A stretch of DNA of 64,000 nt from Octopus vulgaris (Eukaryota). The first letter of the stretch is position 1, and each line of letters starts with the position of its first letter. The stretch spans positions 14,756,001 to 14,820,000 of the forward strand of contig OX597833.1 of NCBI GenBank assembly GCA_951406725.2, given 5' to 3'. Positions 39,400 to 52,626 of this stretch are shown here, piece by piece. The notes under the pieces were generated by a model. That model was not told the origin of the DNA, did not search any database, and was given only the letters and a program-made list of their open reading frames with translations. The position numbers and the translations under genes were made by a program.

Positions 39400-40075
39400 C
39401 CTGAAATAGTTCTCCATTTGAAGCAACGCATCGGTTCTCCACTATTCGAAGCAGTGCTGGGACTCTGGTGAAGTGACGCCTTTTAACGCCTTCATCGTTT
39501 TTTACTTGACCTCTTCCACATTTGCGAATTCCATAGTACCAGCTTTCGTCACCAGTGATGAACTTAGAAAAAGAGTCCGGGTCAAGATCGATCTCTTACG
39601 ACACCCATTTTGCCGTGACTGCTTTTGATCTTCCATGAAGAAACGAGGTACAAATTCTGCTGTAACTCTTTTCATACGCAATTTCTCGACAGAAATTCGT
39701 TAGCAGGAGCTCCAAACACAGTGGTTATAGCAAGAAGCTCGTTAATTGTTCGACGACGGTCTTCCACCATCAGTTCATGAACATTCATGATGTTTTCATT
39801 CGATCGAGAGGTCGACGGTCGTCCTCAACGAAGCTGGTCTTCAAGCGGCAAGTGACCATTCCTAATGCGTGAAAACCCACTCGCAAAATAGCTTTTTGCC
39901 TATAGCAGCGATCTTGTAAGCTATTTGAAGCATAACTTCTTTTTCGGCCAGCGTTTTCTCCAGCAGAAAACAGAATTTTACGAAACCACGCATTTCTTTC
40001 GTTTCAGCCATTGCAAAAATCGACGAACAAGGAAGAAGCACTGCAAAACAAAGATGCCTCAAGTAGTAGTACGAC
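39400..40075 (-). mobile_element. Decayed mariner, transposase N-terminal half
   Basis: MAETKEMRGFVKFCFLLEKT..EWVF, GRPSTSRSNENIMNVHELMVEDRRRTINEL. Confidence 0.85.
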
Positions 40076-40119
40076 TTCAATCGACCACACCGTTGAGCAG
40101 ACAGATGCTTGAAGGCAAT

Positions 40120-40525
40120 ACCTATTTCTTTATTGCCCACAAGGGGCTAAACATAGAGGGGACAAACAAGGACAGACAAACGGATTAAGTCGATTACATC
40201 GACTCCAGTTCGTAACTGGTACTTAATTTATCGACCCCGAAAGGATGAAAGGCAAAGTCGACCTCGGCAGAATTTGAACTCAGAACGTAGCGGCAGACGA
40301 AATACCTATTTCTTTATTGCCCACAAGGGGCTAAACACAGAGGGGGCAAACAAGGACAGACAAACGGATTAAGTCGATTACATCGACCCCAGTTCGTAAC
40401 TGGTACTTAATTTGTCGACCCCGAAAGGATGAAAGGCAAAGTCGACCTCGGCGGAATTTGAACTCAGAACGTAACGAAATATGGCTACGCATTTCGCCCG
40501 GCGTTCTAACAATTCTGGCAGCTCG
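40120..40525 (-). mobile_element. SINE family C, tandem dimer
   Basis: Two direct units joined at gacgaaatacc|tatttcttt (~40306). Confidence 0.9.
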
Positions 40526-40749
40526 TACCTAGTTGCTTGTAGCGCCCAACTCGCCGCCTTAACCTTAAAAAATAATGTAGACAGTGCACTGCCAAAGCAG
40601 TAGAAAGTGGTATTGACTTACAAAAAACGTTTAATATACTTTTCTTGTATAGTTTGGTTGTATAACGAAATAGCATCTACCTACAAATTAATATTGGTTT
40701 CATATTTGGACACAAGATAAGCTATTTGCGTAAGGGGATTAAGTCGATT

Positions 40750-41064
40750 TTTGTTTTTGTTGTTTGTTCCTTCTCGAGCCATGCCTGGCTCATAGGGCCG
40801 GTTTCCCGGTTTCCTTGGCGTATAGGTTCCCCACCTGGACGAGACGCCGGTCCGTCGCAGGTGAGCTGCAAGATGCAAGAGGAAAGAGTGAGAGAAAGTT
40901 GTGGCGAAAGAGTCAGCAGAAGTTCGCCCGTTACCTTCTGCCGGAGCCGCATGGAGCTTAGGTGTTTCGTTCATAAACATACACGTCGCCCGGTCTGAGA
41001 TTCGAACCCGCGATCCCTCGACCGCGAGTCCGCTGCTCTAACCACTAGGCCATGTACCTCCATC
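40750..41064 (-). mobile_element. SINE family D-like head with V-SINE-like tail (type 3), nested in an old SINE C
   Basis: 13-bp TSD gattaagtcgatt at 40737-40749 and 41065-41077; minus strand cctgcgacggaccggcgtctcgtccagg. Confidence 0.85.
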
Positions 41065-41299
41065 GATTAAGTCGATTACTTAACTTATCGAACCTGAAAG
41101 GATGAAAGGCAAAGTCGACCTTGGTGGAATTTGAACTCAGGCGTAAACACGAACGAAAGGGTGATAAGCATTTTCACCGGCGTGCAAACGATTCTGCCAG
41201 CTCACCACCTTATCTCCAAATACATACTATCAAGATGAATGAGCTATTTCACAGTCGATGATCTATATATACACCCTTAAGCTTGTTTTCTTCCATACT

Positions 41300-41640
41300 C
41301 AAAGGTATGGTACTTAACTCCTTTTCCCTGCATAAGTTACAGCCACCTCTATGCCGACAATGCAACTGAAAGACAACTTTCATGAGAGCACTTTCTGCGG
41401 TAGTAACCTTAGAAAAGACAAAAACCGCTGATGTCATATCGATGTGACAAGAGTTGCAGTATTTCATGAAGATAAAGGACGATCAAATTCAAAACACAAT
41501 TCCGAACATGATCGAGGGGATCCAAGGGAGAAGAGGGTTACTTGCACAAATATGGCAACAGCATTCCATCAAAGGACGAACTGTGAACTTGTAAACATAC
41601 AAACTGACCTCGGGTATAAGATAGTCCTTTGATTTATACA
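41300..41640 (+). pseudogene. Possible LINE RT remnant
   Basis: HLYADNAT (YADD-like) and downstream TDLG only. Confidence 0.3.
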
Positions 41641-41733
41641 ACGAACCAAACTAACAGGGGGTAGAAAAACCAATTGAACGTGTGTAAGAGCAATCAATAA
41701 TCATATATAGTTTCTTTAGTATATAAATACATA

Positions 41734-42147
41734 TAGGCGCAGGAGTGGCTGTGTGGTAAGTAGCTTGCTAACCAACCACATGGTTCCGGGTTCAGTCCCA
41801 CTAAGTGGCATCTTGGGCAAGTGTCTTCTACGATAGCCTTGGGCCGACCAAAGCCTTGTGAGTGGATTTGGTAGATGGAAACTGAAAGAAGCCTGTCGTA
41901 TATATGTATATAAATATATATATGTGTGTGTGTGTATTTGTGTGTCTGTGTTTGTCCCCTAGCATTGCTTGACAACCGATGCTGGTGTGTTTACCTCCCC
42001 GTCACTTAGCGGTTCGGCAAAAGAGACCGATAGAGTAAGTACTGGGCTTACAAAGAATAAGACTCGGGGTCGATTTGCTCGACTAAAGGCGGTGCTCCAG
42101 CATGGCCGCAGTCAAATGACTGAAACAAGTAAAATAGTAAAAGAGTA
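41734..42147 (+). mobile_element. SINE family A, full length
   Basis: Near-consensus head to tail gaaacaagtaaaatagtaaaagagta. Confidence 0.92.
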
Positions 42148-42353
42148 TATTGTTCGCATTGATAGTGTTATTCTATATGAATACATATTGTTCGTGATTA
42201 AATGATATAGATATATTTTGTTTTGTAAAACAAATATGATTCCTTTGCACTTAAAAATATATTTACATTTTTATTTTGTATAATATTGGAAATTTACAAA
42301 TAAATTTGGTATTACACATCATTAATAATTTAAACGAAAATACAAGATTGAAA

Positions 42354-42737
42354 TCTCTCTATATATAAACGGCAGTTTGTCTGTGCGTGTTCCTGTGTGT
42401 CTGTTTGCTTGTACCCTCACCCTCACCACGGCTTTCAACCGATTCTAATGAAACTTGACACACACATAGCCCAATGTCATAATTCAAAACTAACGCAGCG
42501 AAAATTTTGAAAAGTTCCCCCAGTTCTGAAAAAAATCGATAAATTCGACATGGGGTCGAGAATCAGAAACACAAACCAAAAACTGTCTAGGGGACGCAAC
42601 TCCAACTTTTTTAACTCTCAAAAAAAATTTACCGTCATTTTTTTCCATGTTTTTGCTATTTTTTGGCTATAACTCTCTAAAAATGCTTTATAGTTATTTC
42701 CCTTACAAACCTGAGCAATGCCGGGCGATACTGCTAG
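42354..42737 (+). mobile_element. Non-autonomous Helitron H1
   Basis: a|TC start, hairpin then CTAG|t end. Confidence 0.9.
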
Positions 42738-42996
42738 TTAACTATAAAAAACGCATATAATTTTTTTTTGAATCTCTGATGCCGCAGTGTTATTTGACGT
42801 ATCATAAAAATGTTTTGGAATGTTTAAAAAAATAACACGTTTGTTTTTATACTCACATTTTAAAAGTAGATTGCAATCTTCAATTTTACACATGCTTAAT
42901 GCTATGAACTTATGATTTGCAAGCGCTAGAATATATTATTTTAACGATATGAGAGACGTTTTTTTACAACGTTGTAGCTTATCAGCACTCCAAGGT

Positions 42997-43025
42997 GTAC
43001 ATACATACATACATACATACATACA

Positions 43026-43059
<34 letters not shown>

Positions 43060-43350
43060 CATACATACATACATACATACATACATACATACATACATAC
43101 ATACATACATACATACATACATACATACATACATACATACATACATACATACATACATACATACATACATACATACATACATACATACATACATACATAC
43201 ATACATACATACATACATAAATACATACATACATACATACATACATACATAATACATACATACATACATACATAATACATACATACATACATACATACAT
43301 ACATACATACATACATACATACATACATACATACATACATACATACATAC
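42997..43350. repeat. Long (ATAC)n microsatellite
   Basis: Direct reading, ~350 bp. Confidence 0.95.
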
Positions 43351-43621
43351 ACACATGAACACGCCCGTATAAATACACTCATATATTCACACACACTCAT
43401 ACACAAACACACAGAAAACTTTAAATCCCAAATATTTTTCACCTGAATGTCTGTAGTAATATCTGCAATAAGGTCTGTTTGTCCAAAGCCGGACCTTCGG
43501 GTCATATGGGATATCAGGGTGGCATTTACTAATTGAAGGGATGGTCTCCCTCTGTAAGAATACGCCTCTAATTATATTATACGATCAAGATGGTATTAAC
43601 ACAAGATACATACAACATATA

Positions 43622-43787
43622 CTAGGCGTGTGAGTGGCTGTGTGGTAAGTAGCTTGCTTATGAACCACATGGTTCCGGGTTCAGTCCCACTGCGTGGCAC
43701 CTTGGGCAACTGCCTTCTACTTTAGCCTCGGGACGACCAAAGCCTTGTGAGTTTATTTGGTAGACGGAAACTGAAAGAAGCTTGTCG

Positions 43788-43886
<99 letters not shown>

Positions 43887-44049
43887 ATATATATATATAT
43901 ATAACAAAATATTAAGGAATGACCCTGAGAAGGTCGTTCGACTCACTTGAAAAGAGCAGCTAAAACTCAAAACCGCAAAAAATAGTAGTAATTCTGACCG
44001 CTGGTGGCAGAAAATTTTTCTTGAATTTTTGTTACCCTTATATTGATTG

Positions 44050-44081
<32 letters not shown>

Positions 44082-44280
44082 ATCTGTTTGTGTGTCTGTG
44101 TTTTTCCCCCCAACATCGCTTGATTACCAATGCTGGTGTGTTTACATCCCCGTAAACTAGCGGTTCGGCAAAAGAGACCGATAGAATAAGTACTAGGCTT
44201 ACAAAGAATAAATCCTGGATACGATTTGCTCGACACTGAAGGTGGTGCTCCAGCATGGTCACAATCAAATGACTGAAAGG
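43622..44280 (+). mobile_element. SINE family A with a ~145-bp insert in its internal microsatellite
   Basis: Head 43622-43790, unrelated segment 43903-44048 between (TA)n, tail 44070-44280. Confidence 0.85.
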
Positions 44281-44537
44281 GGTGTTTTGTCGCACATTAG
44301 GTATAATAAATCTCAGACCAAAGTAAAAAAAAAATAACAGAAAAAAAAACAAAAAACAAAAATGGTAGGAAAACTGTAGAATATTTGTATGGTGAAATAT
44401 TGAATAATGATGAGAAAATGGCGGACGAAGTTAGAACAGGAAGGAAAATTTAGAAGAAAGAAAAAGAAAAATAGAAAATGCGGAGGATAAAAAAAACAGA
44501 ACAAAGAGGCGTGGTTGAAGTATAAACAGATGTTAGG

Positions 44538-44640
44538 GAAGAAGAAGAAGAAGAAGAAGAAGAAAAAGCAGATGAAGAAAAAGAAGGTGAAGAGCAAGAA
44601 GAAGAAAAAGAAGATGAATAATAATAATAATAATAATAAC

Positions 44641-44681
<41 letters not shown>

Positions 44682-44945
44682 GAAGAAGAAGAAGAAGAAG
44701 AAGCAGATGAAGAAAAAGAAGATGAAGAACAAGAAGTAGAAAAAGAAGATGAATAATAATAATAATAATAACAATAATAATAATAACAATAATAATAATA
44801 ACAATAATAATAATAATAATAAGAAGAAGAAGAAGAAGAAGAAGAAGAAAAAGAAGAAGAAGAAGAAAAAGAGAGATGAAGAAGAAGTTTAAGAAGACGA
44901 TGATGATGAAGATGATAATGATGATGATGATGACGACGATGACGA
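44538..44945. repeat. Compound (GAA)n/(TAA)n/(GAT)n microsatellite with a higher-order duplication
   Basis: aagcagatgaagaaaaagaag..caagaag..aaaagaagatg(aat)n block occurs twice. Confidence 0.9.
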
Positions 44946-44976
44946 CGGTGACAGTGGCGAAGGTGATTTATGTATG

Positions 44977-45016
<40 letters not shown>

Positions 45017-45199
45017 CTAAACTACTTAATACTATTTTAAATATCTTTAAGAAACAATAGACAATTCTTATCTGTTGTCTCTTTGAAGATTTCCACACCT
45101 CTGTCATCCTGTTTTAATCATATCGAATGATGAATGCTGTTATTTGCAATATCTACTCGCTGCCTCTATCTCACCCCATACAGTTGTTCCTTGTTTTCA

Positions 45200-45584
45200 T
45201 CTCTCTCTATATAAACGGCAGTTTGTCTGTGCGTGTTTCTGTGTGTCTGTTTGCTTGTACCCTCACCCTGACCACGGCTTTCAACCGATTCTGATGAAAC
45301 TTGACACACACATAGCCCAATGTCATAATTCAAAACTAACGCAGCGAAAATTTTGAAAAGTTCCCCCAGTTCTGAAAAAAATCGATAAATTCGACATGGG
45401 GTCGAGAATCAGGAATACGAACCACAAACTGTCTAGGGGGTGCAACTCAACCTTTTTTAAATCTCAAAAAAAGGTTTACCATCATTTTTTTCCATTTTTT
45501 TGCTATTTTTTGGCTATAATTCTCTAAAAATGCTTTATAGTTATTTCCCTTACAAACCTGAGCAACGCCGGGCGATACTGCTAG
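45200..45584 (+). mobile_element. Non-autonomous Helitron H1
   Basis: a|TC start, hairpin then CTAG|t end. Confidence 0.9.
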
Positions 45585-45950
45585 TATATATATAAAAGAC
45601 ACACAAACACACACCTTAATGTTCATTCTAGCTTTATCTTTTATCTCCTACCTACTATTTGTTTCACTTAATTCACTGCGACCATGCTGGGGCTTCGCTT
45701 TGAGTTCATTCGATTGAATAAAACAAAACGACCGTAGTCTTTAATATCTATTCAGATGAACAAAACAATCGCAACATATTATTTATATTTTTTTAAGTAT
45801 GGTGGTATTGGCCATATTTGCTGAACTACATGGTTGCATGAGTGAAAGCAACCTAATACCGATTTTCAAAACGTGAATAGGGGGAAACACCACCAAAAGA
45901 TACACACATGCGCTTGTATCTCTCTCTCTCTCTCTCTCCCTCTCCCTCCC

Positions 45951-46182
<232 letters not shown>

Positions 46183-46829
46183 ATATCTCTGTGATTACGA
46201 TCCCTATTGATCAACTTTTTTTCCTCTCCCCTTTTCTCCCCCCCTTTTTTTAAATCCTCCCCTTTTTTGTCCTCTTTCTTTCCTTTTACGACCCCTTTTG
46301 ATCGAAAACCAACCCCCCTTTTTTTTACCCCCAAAAGAAAAGCTCTACCTTGTAATTTGTTCTGTCTGTGTGCAGCCCTGTGTGGCTTATAAAGAAACAT
46401 ATCTATCTATCCATCTGTCTATGTATGTATGTATGTATGTATGTATGTATGTATGTATGTATGTATCTATCTGTCTGTCTGTCTGTCTGTCTATCTATGA
46501 ATATATACATGTACGTGTGGTCTGTGTGTGGAACATGATATTCTACATAGTTTCCCTGTACCGAATTCAAAGACAAGGCATTTGGTAGACCCAGAGCTAT
46601 AGTAGAAGGCACTCGCCTAAAATTCCACGCAAAGGGGTTGATCCTGAAATGAAGTCGTTGTAAAGCAAGTTCCCTTAACACACGTCCATTCCTGCACCTA
46701 ACGTGTTGCTGATAAATACGCCAATCATATTTTTCCCCCGTCTGTCTTTAGTTATACGTCGTTTGATAGTTGTCGTTTAATTTTTGTGTTATTTTTGATG
46801 ATGTGTAGTTTTGTTATCGTTATATAAGT

Positions 46830-47157
46830 GTAAAGACACCCTTCGGTCAAAAATGACCATGGGGTGCATCTAGAAAGTTCTGCTCCGAGACACCAGTCTG
46901 GACAAAATTGTTTATGGAAAACTCTCAGTTGCACATGGATAACAACCTTCCCTGTTCATGCCATCGAGGTTATCCAAGGGAAAGGCAAACGTTATATCTT
47001 GGTACCAGAGACGTCACGACTCTTTCTGAGTGAACTGGAGTAACCTGAAAATAAAGTGTCTTGCTCAAGGACACAACGCAGAGCCTGGTACGGCAATAGA
47101 ATTCACTGCCTCGTGAATGTGAGCCCGAAGCCATAACGACTGAGCCATGCGCCTTCA
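46830..47157 (-). mobile_element. SINE family B, diverged
   Basis: gagccatgcgccttc end, aaagtgtcttgctcaaggacacaacgc. Confidence 0.85.
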
Positions 47158-47191
47158 GGTATCGTTGTATAACATATAATTATATATTATA

Positions 47192-47590
47192 CTAGCAGTA
47201 TCGCTCGGCGTTGCTCGGGTTTGTAAGGGAAATAACTATATAAGCATTTTTAGAGATGTAAAGTATAATAGCTATCTCAATATAGCTAACCACAAAGGGG
47301 GGGTGGTGTTACTGTAGCTTTTTACGTTCTGAGATTTAATAATAAATTTTTAGAGAGTTACTTCCCTTATATATGCCAAAAATGCATTAAAAATGGGAAA
47401 AATATGATGGTAATTTTTTTTTAAATCGTAGACTCATCGTAGACGCGCGCTAATACCCAGAAGGGCTCGATATGAATCACGACTATAAGATACCCGGTTT
47501 TGGTTAAACTGCACCGCAAAATGTGGGAGTAGTTAGGAATCTAAATCGTAGGAGACAGACAGCACACAACCTCTCTTTTATATATAAAGA
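47192..47590 (-). mobile_element. Non-autonomous Helitron H2 (H1 3' end, different 5' and internal part)
   Basis: a|ctagcagtatcgctcggcgttgctcgggtttgtaaggg shared with H1; other end tatataaaga|t (TC start on minus). Confidence 0.85.
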
Positions 47591-47602
47591 TATACAATGT
47601 CA

Positions 47603-47765
47603 AGGTGGCGTGCTGGCAGTAACGTTAGCACGCCGGGCGAAATGCGTAGCCGAGTTTCGTCTGCTGTTACGTTCTGAGGTCAAATTCCGCCAAGGTCGAC
47701 TTTGCCTTTCATCGTTTCAGGGTCGATTAAATAACTACCAGTTACGCACTGGGGTCAATATAATC
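47603..47765 (+). mobile_element. SINE family C, 3'-truncated
   Basis: Head and central domain present. Confidence 0.85.
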
Positions 47766-48164
47766 TGACGAGAATATAACCAATGTGGGTGTGTACGAAA
47801 ATGTTAAGATTCTCGTACAAGGACCATAGGACAAACGGTACGATAACAAAAGAAAGAAAGAGACCTCAATATTATGTAAATAGAGGAAATTTATCTATAA
47901 AAATGATATGTTACAATTATTCAATAATCAAGATAAAACTCTGAGTTTCAGATGCCGAAGTGGAAATCCACAACACCATCTCTCCGGTTATCTGGCCATC
48001 TGAAAAAGGCTATGAAAAAATACCGTTATATAAAGGGAAATTACTGTGTTATAATTCCGCTACTTATATAAATTAAGATTAAAAGTTTATAGTAAATACG
48101 TAAACATGGCTACTCATACGTATATATGTATATATATATATATATATATCGCTTCAGAAGATGT

Positions 48165-48420
48165 GTGCTACAACAAGACGTTGAAAGACGGCAACTCCTG
48201 AATATTGTGAAAAAGCGAAACCTTATCTATTATGGCCATATGCGAAGAATCAGAAGTTTGGAAATCATTATATGGAAAGAACAGCTAAATCTAGATCAAG
48301 AGGCAGGCATTGAAGCAACGTATAGAAAATGTCAAGAGTTGGTCGGACGAGGGTGGCAAGGCAACTGCATAGCATGCGTTCAATCGAAAGCCTTTCGCTG
48401 CAAGTGTACGATACATGATA
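48165..48420 (+). pseudogene. RTE-type LINE C-terminal fragment
   Basis: RQLLNIVKKRNLIYYGHMRRIRSLE resembles the RTE LLxxIKKRKLxYFGHIxR motif. Confidence 0.6.
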
Positions 48421-49016
48421 ACGGTATTATGTAGGTACAAGGCCTGAAATATGGCCGATGGCTTACTCCGTTATATCGACATTTAATTTTACGTGCACAA
48501 CACTATCATGTGAAAGGGTGAAATGTAAATCTGAAATTCATTCAGAAAAGAAAGAACGGGAAGAAAGCCATAAAACATTTTGCCATGAAAGTGACTCTCC
48601 AGTGGGGGAAATAATATACATTTGTTTATGGCTTCATGTGAGCCAGACACATTAATTAAGATGATGCAGAGTACATTACTTCTCATTATATCACCTGATC
48701 TGCTAGCCTCAATAGTACAGTGCACCTGTAAAATAAATAAAAAAAACGAAGAGGAAAGCAAACGACCGAAATTTATAAAAATTCCATTGGCTGTATTATC
48801 GTTGCACAGATTCGTAATGTATAAAGAAGCTCACCCATTCGCATCGTGTGAGATTGAAGTTTCAAGTTCCATCTGATGGCCTGAAAGCAGCATTTGCTTT
48901 GATATTAAGTATTATTTTGATCATTTCCTTGTGAGGCTGACATTCTCTGAATCCGTAAAACGGTGCACAGTCTTACATTCTCGTAGCGAGATAGTATTCT
49001 GCAGCTTCTGAAGCGA

Positions 49017-49090
<74 letters not shown>

Positions 49091-49215
49091 TATATACGAA
49101 TGAGTAGCCATGTTTACTATAAACTTTTAATCTTAATTTATACAAGTAGCGGAATTATAGCACAGTAATTTCCCTTTATATAACGGTATTTTTTCATACC
49201 CATTTTCAGATGGCC

Positions 49216-49278
49216 AGATAACCGAAGAGATGGTGTTGTGGATTTCCACTTCGGCATCCGAAACTCAGAGTCTTATCT
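49216..49278 (+). ncRNA. Near-canonical minimal hammerhead ribozyme (U4C variant, GUC site)
   Basis: agataa-CCGAAGA-gatg..catc-c-GAAA-ctc-a-gag-TC-ttatct. Confidence 0.6.
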
Positions 49279-49513
49279 TGACTATTGAATAATTGTAACA
49301 TATTATTTTATAGATAAATTTCCTCTATTTACATAATATTGAGGTCTCTTTCTTTCTTTTGTTATCTTACCGTTTTTACCAATATATATATATATTCACA
49401 CACACATACATATGTATGTATATGCAAGTATTTGCAGATTTGTATAGTTTATGTATGTATTCTCATACATACAGTTACATATCTAGACATGCTGATATAT
49501 TGGTAGAGGCCTT

Positions 49514-49569
49514 ATGTACCTAGAAAACTATCATAATAGTAGTAGTAATAATAATAATAATAATAATAA

Positions 49570-49632
<63 letters not shown>

Positions 49633-49649
49633 TAGTAATAATAATCATA

Positions 49650-49681
<32 letters not shown>

Positions 49682-49756
49682 AATAATTATAATAATAATA
49701 ATGATGATGATGATAATAATAATAATAAGAACAACAACAACAACAACAACAACAAC

Positions 49757-49811
<55 letters not shown>

Positions 49812-52240
49812 GGACCAGAGAGGACTATAGAGATGTGTTGAAAGCTTTTTATACAGCCCAACTAAACCCAAACAATAACCTCAGTGTACAAACATACATC
49901 TCATGGAGAAATTCAGTAGGCAATGACGTACGTAGATATATAGACGCAAATAAATTAAGTAATGTACGCAGAGATATAATTAAAAACAAAAGACTAACTG
50001 ACGCTGAAATTGACAAAATTAGGACACTAATAGCTCATGGTAGACCAAAAGAAAACAGCAACAATGTAGACGAAATAGGTAACAGTAGCACAGAAGCCAG
50101 TGTACAAGCGGCAAATCAACTTCCCAATGGGGAAGTTAAACAAAGAATAGCGAAGACGAGAGATTTGAAAAAAGAGGAGAACGTAGACCTTCCTCAAGAA
50201 AACCAAAATAGATATGACATAGAATTTGAGGTGAATAATAGAGAAAAGATTATGGAAGCAAAAGTGGACATTATGAGAGAACTCGGCAAGATTGAGCTCA
50301 CTGACATGGTTAATAGAGAACCACTACCAAAGTTTTCAAATGGCACAAGAAATGACAACACAATCATGACATATAACGTTGCCCTAGGACAGATCTTAAG
50401 AAATAAGGGGAATGATTTGACAACCTTAAATAATCTCATTTATTCAACTGCTAAAGTAGCAACTACCCAACTAGGTATTAAGATGACAAAGAAAAAGGCC
50501 AGGCATGTCAATGAACCTCCTAAGTGGAAAGTAGCGATACAAAAAGAGATTGAATCTCTGCGGGCGGCTGTTTCAGTTCTCGATGAGCTTGCTAGAGGAG
50601 TGAATATTAAGCCGAGAAAAGCTAGAAAAATCAAGCAAAAATATAAAATCAAAGATCTCATAAACCTCCCTGCAACTAAGGAACTGTTGAAACAACGGAT
50701 ACAGTTGAAAGCTCAACGGCTTAGAAGGTATGACAAAAGAAACAAATTTTATCGACAAAATAAATTTTTTAAGACAGATGCAAATAAATTTTATAGGGAA
50801 ATTGGCAAAAATAAAATACACATAGAAGATCCACCTAAGATTGAGGAAGTGGAGGAGTTCTGGAAGAAGGTATGGATCAACGAAAAAGAGTTTAATGCTG
50901 AGGCTGACTGGATAGAACGTGAGAAAGAGAGACTGGATGAACTTGAAGAACAGAAATGGGAAGCAATAGGAATAGAGGAGCTAACGTGTGTCCTTAGGAA
51001 GGCTCATAAATGGAAAACCCCAGGACTGGATCGGATCCCTAACTTCTGGCTGAATTGTTTGACAGAGGTACACGAACATCTCGCTGCATCTCTGTCTGAT
51101 GTCATTCAGAACCCAGAGCAAATACCTGCTTGGCTGACTGAAGGAACCACCTACCTATTACCTAAAACCGAAGACACAAAAAACCCAAAGAATTACCGGC
51201 CAATAACATGTCTCAACACCACCTACAAAATCCTCACATCCATAATAACGGAGAGAATGTACGCTTTCCTTGAACAAAATTCTATCCTTCCACAAGCTCA
51301 AAAAGGTTGTAAAAGAAACTCTTATGGGTGCAAAGACCAATTGCTCATAAACAGAATGATTGTAGAGAATTGCCGGAGCAAAAACAAAAACCTGAGTATG
51401 GCATGGATAGACTACAGGAAAGCGTATGACAGTGTCCCACATAAATGGATACTCAAGGCCCTTGAGATATACAAGATCTCTCCTGTCGTCTCAAAATTCT
51501 TAGAGAATAGCATGACCATGTGGAACACACGTCTCTTTCTAAGCCATAGTAATGGGATGAGCCAGTCCAATAGCATCAACATCAAACGAGGCATCTTTCA
51601 AGGTGACTCCCTCTCTCCATTACTTTTTTGCATGACACTGATCCCACTCTCAAACGAATTGGATAGTACCAGATATGGGTACAAAGTTTTTAGTAAGTTA
51701 ATAAACCACCTTTTCTATATGGACGACCTAAAGCTGTTTGCCAGGAATGACCAAGAGCTAGAAGGGCTGCTAACAACTGTTAAAGAGTTTAGCAATGATA
51801 TCGGGATGGATTTTGGCCTTGATAAGTGTGCTAAAGCAACTTTTGTAAGAGGCAAGCTCAGGCAAACAGCTTCTGTTAAATTAGATATTGACACTACCAT
51901 CAAGGAACTTGACCCACAAGAAAGTTACAAATACCTAGGAATCAACGAAGGAGATGGTATACATCATGCTACTATGAAGGAAAAGATAAGAAAGGAATAT
52001 TATAGGAGAATAAGGCTTGTACTGAAGACTGAACTCAACTCCAAAAATTGCATTGAGGCCATTAACACCCTGGCACTTCCAGTAGTCCAGTACAGTTTTA
52101 ACATCATTAACTGGAACCTTACGGAACTCCAACGCTTGGACAGGAAGACAAGAAAGTTACTGACATCCAAGAGCATGCACCACCCTAAGGCAGATGTAGA
52201 CCGCTTGTACCTACCTAGAAGCAGCGGGGGAGAGGAATGA
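49514..52240 (+). CDS. Retrotransposon polyprotein part 1: N-terminal region + reverse transcriptase (first ~98 codons are microsatellite)
   Basis: KWTREDY, WKTPGLD, NYRPITCL, WIDYRKAYDSVPH, GIFQGDSLSPLLF, HLFYMDDLKLFA, YKYLG. Confidence 0.9.
49533..49808. repeat. (TAA)n/(GAT)n/(CAA)n compound microsatellite, target of the Dong/R4 element
   Basis: Direct reading. Confidence 0.95.
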
Positions 52241-52626
52241 TGCAATTAGAGCTGTGCTATAAGACCTCTACTGTAGGAATGAACAGGTACCTATCTAGTA
52301 CAAAGGACTGGATGCTGCGACTTGTGTGCGAACACGAAAGCAGCAAAATGCTGCATTCTATTGTCAAGGAAGCTTATAAGTTCGAAAGGGAACTAGACGT
52401 TAACCTTGAATCAGATGAAGAGTCGGAAACCACTGCTACCAAGCAAGCAAAGCGAATCAAGCAGACTGCAAAAAAGAACGGGCAGAATCAAATTGAGAGG
52501 CGGTGGAGCCAGAAGCCCCTGCATGGACAATATATTCTCCGAAGCCAAAACGCTGATGTAGACCAAGCAACAACCCATCAGTGGCTGAAGAGCTCTGGAT
52601 TGAAAAAGAGACTGAAGGCTTCATAA
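52237..52626 (+). CDS. Polyprotein part 2 (linker), separated by frameshifts
   Basis: Continues RLYLPRSSGG/RGMMQLE; contains WSQKPLHGQY and WLKSSGLK. Confidence 0.8.
   Translation: MMQLELCYKTSTVGMNRYLSSTKDWMLRLVCEHESSKMLHSIVKEAYKFERELDVNLESDEESETTATKQAKRIKQTAKKNGQNQIERRWSQKPLHGQYILRSQNADVDQATTHQWLKSSGLKKRLKAS

Larger units (their letters stand above)
47833..49375. repeat. ~330-bp inverted repeat pair (47833-48160 / 49005-49375; family P4) with ~850-bp spacer
   Basis: Near-identical arms, each with a hammerhead-like motif and (TA)n. Confidence 0.9.

Noticed and set aside
52220-52610. Programmed -1 frameshifting in the retrotransposon
   Set aside because: Dong/R4 elements have a single ORF and neither site is a full X XXY YYZ heptamer; mutation or sequencing error is simpler.
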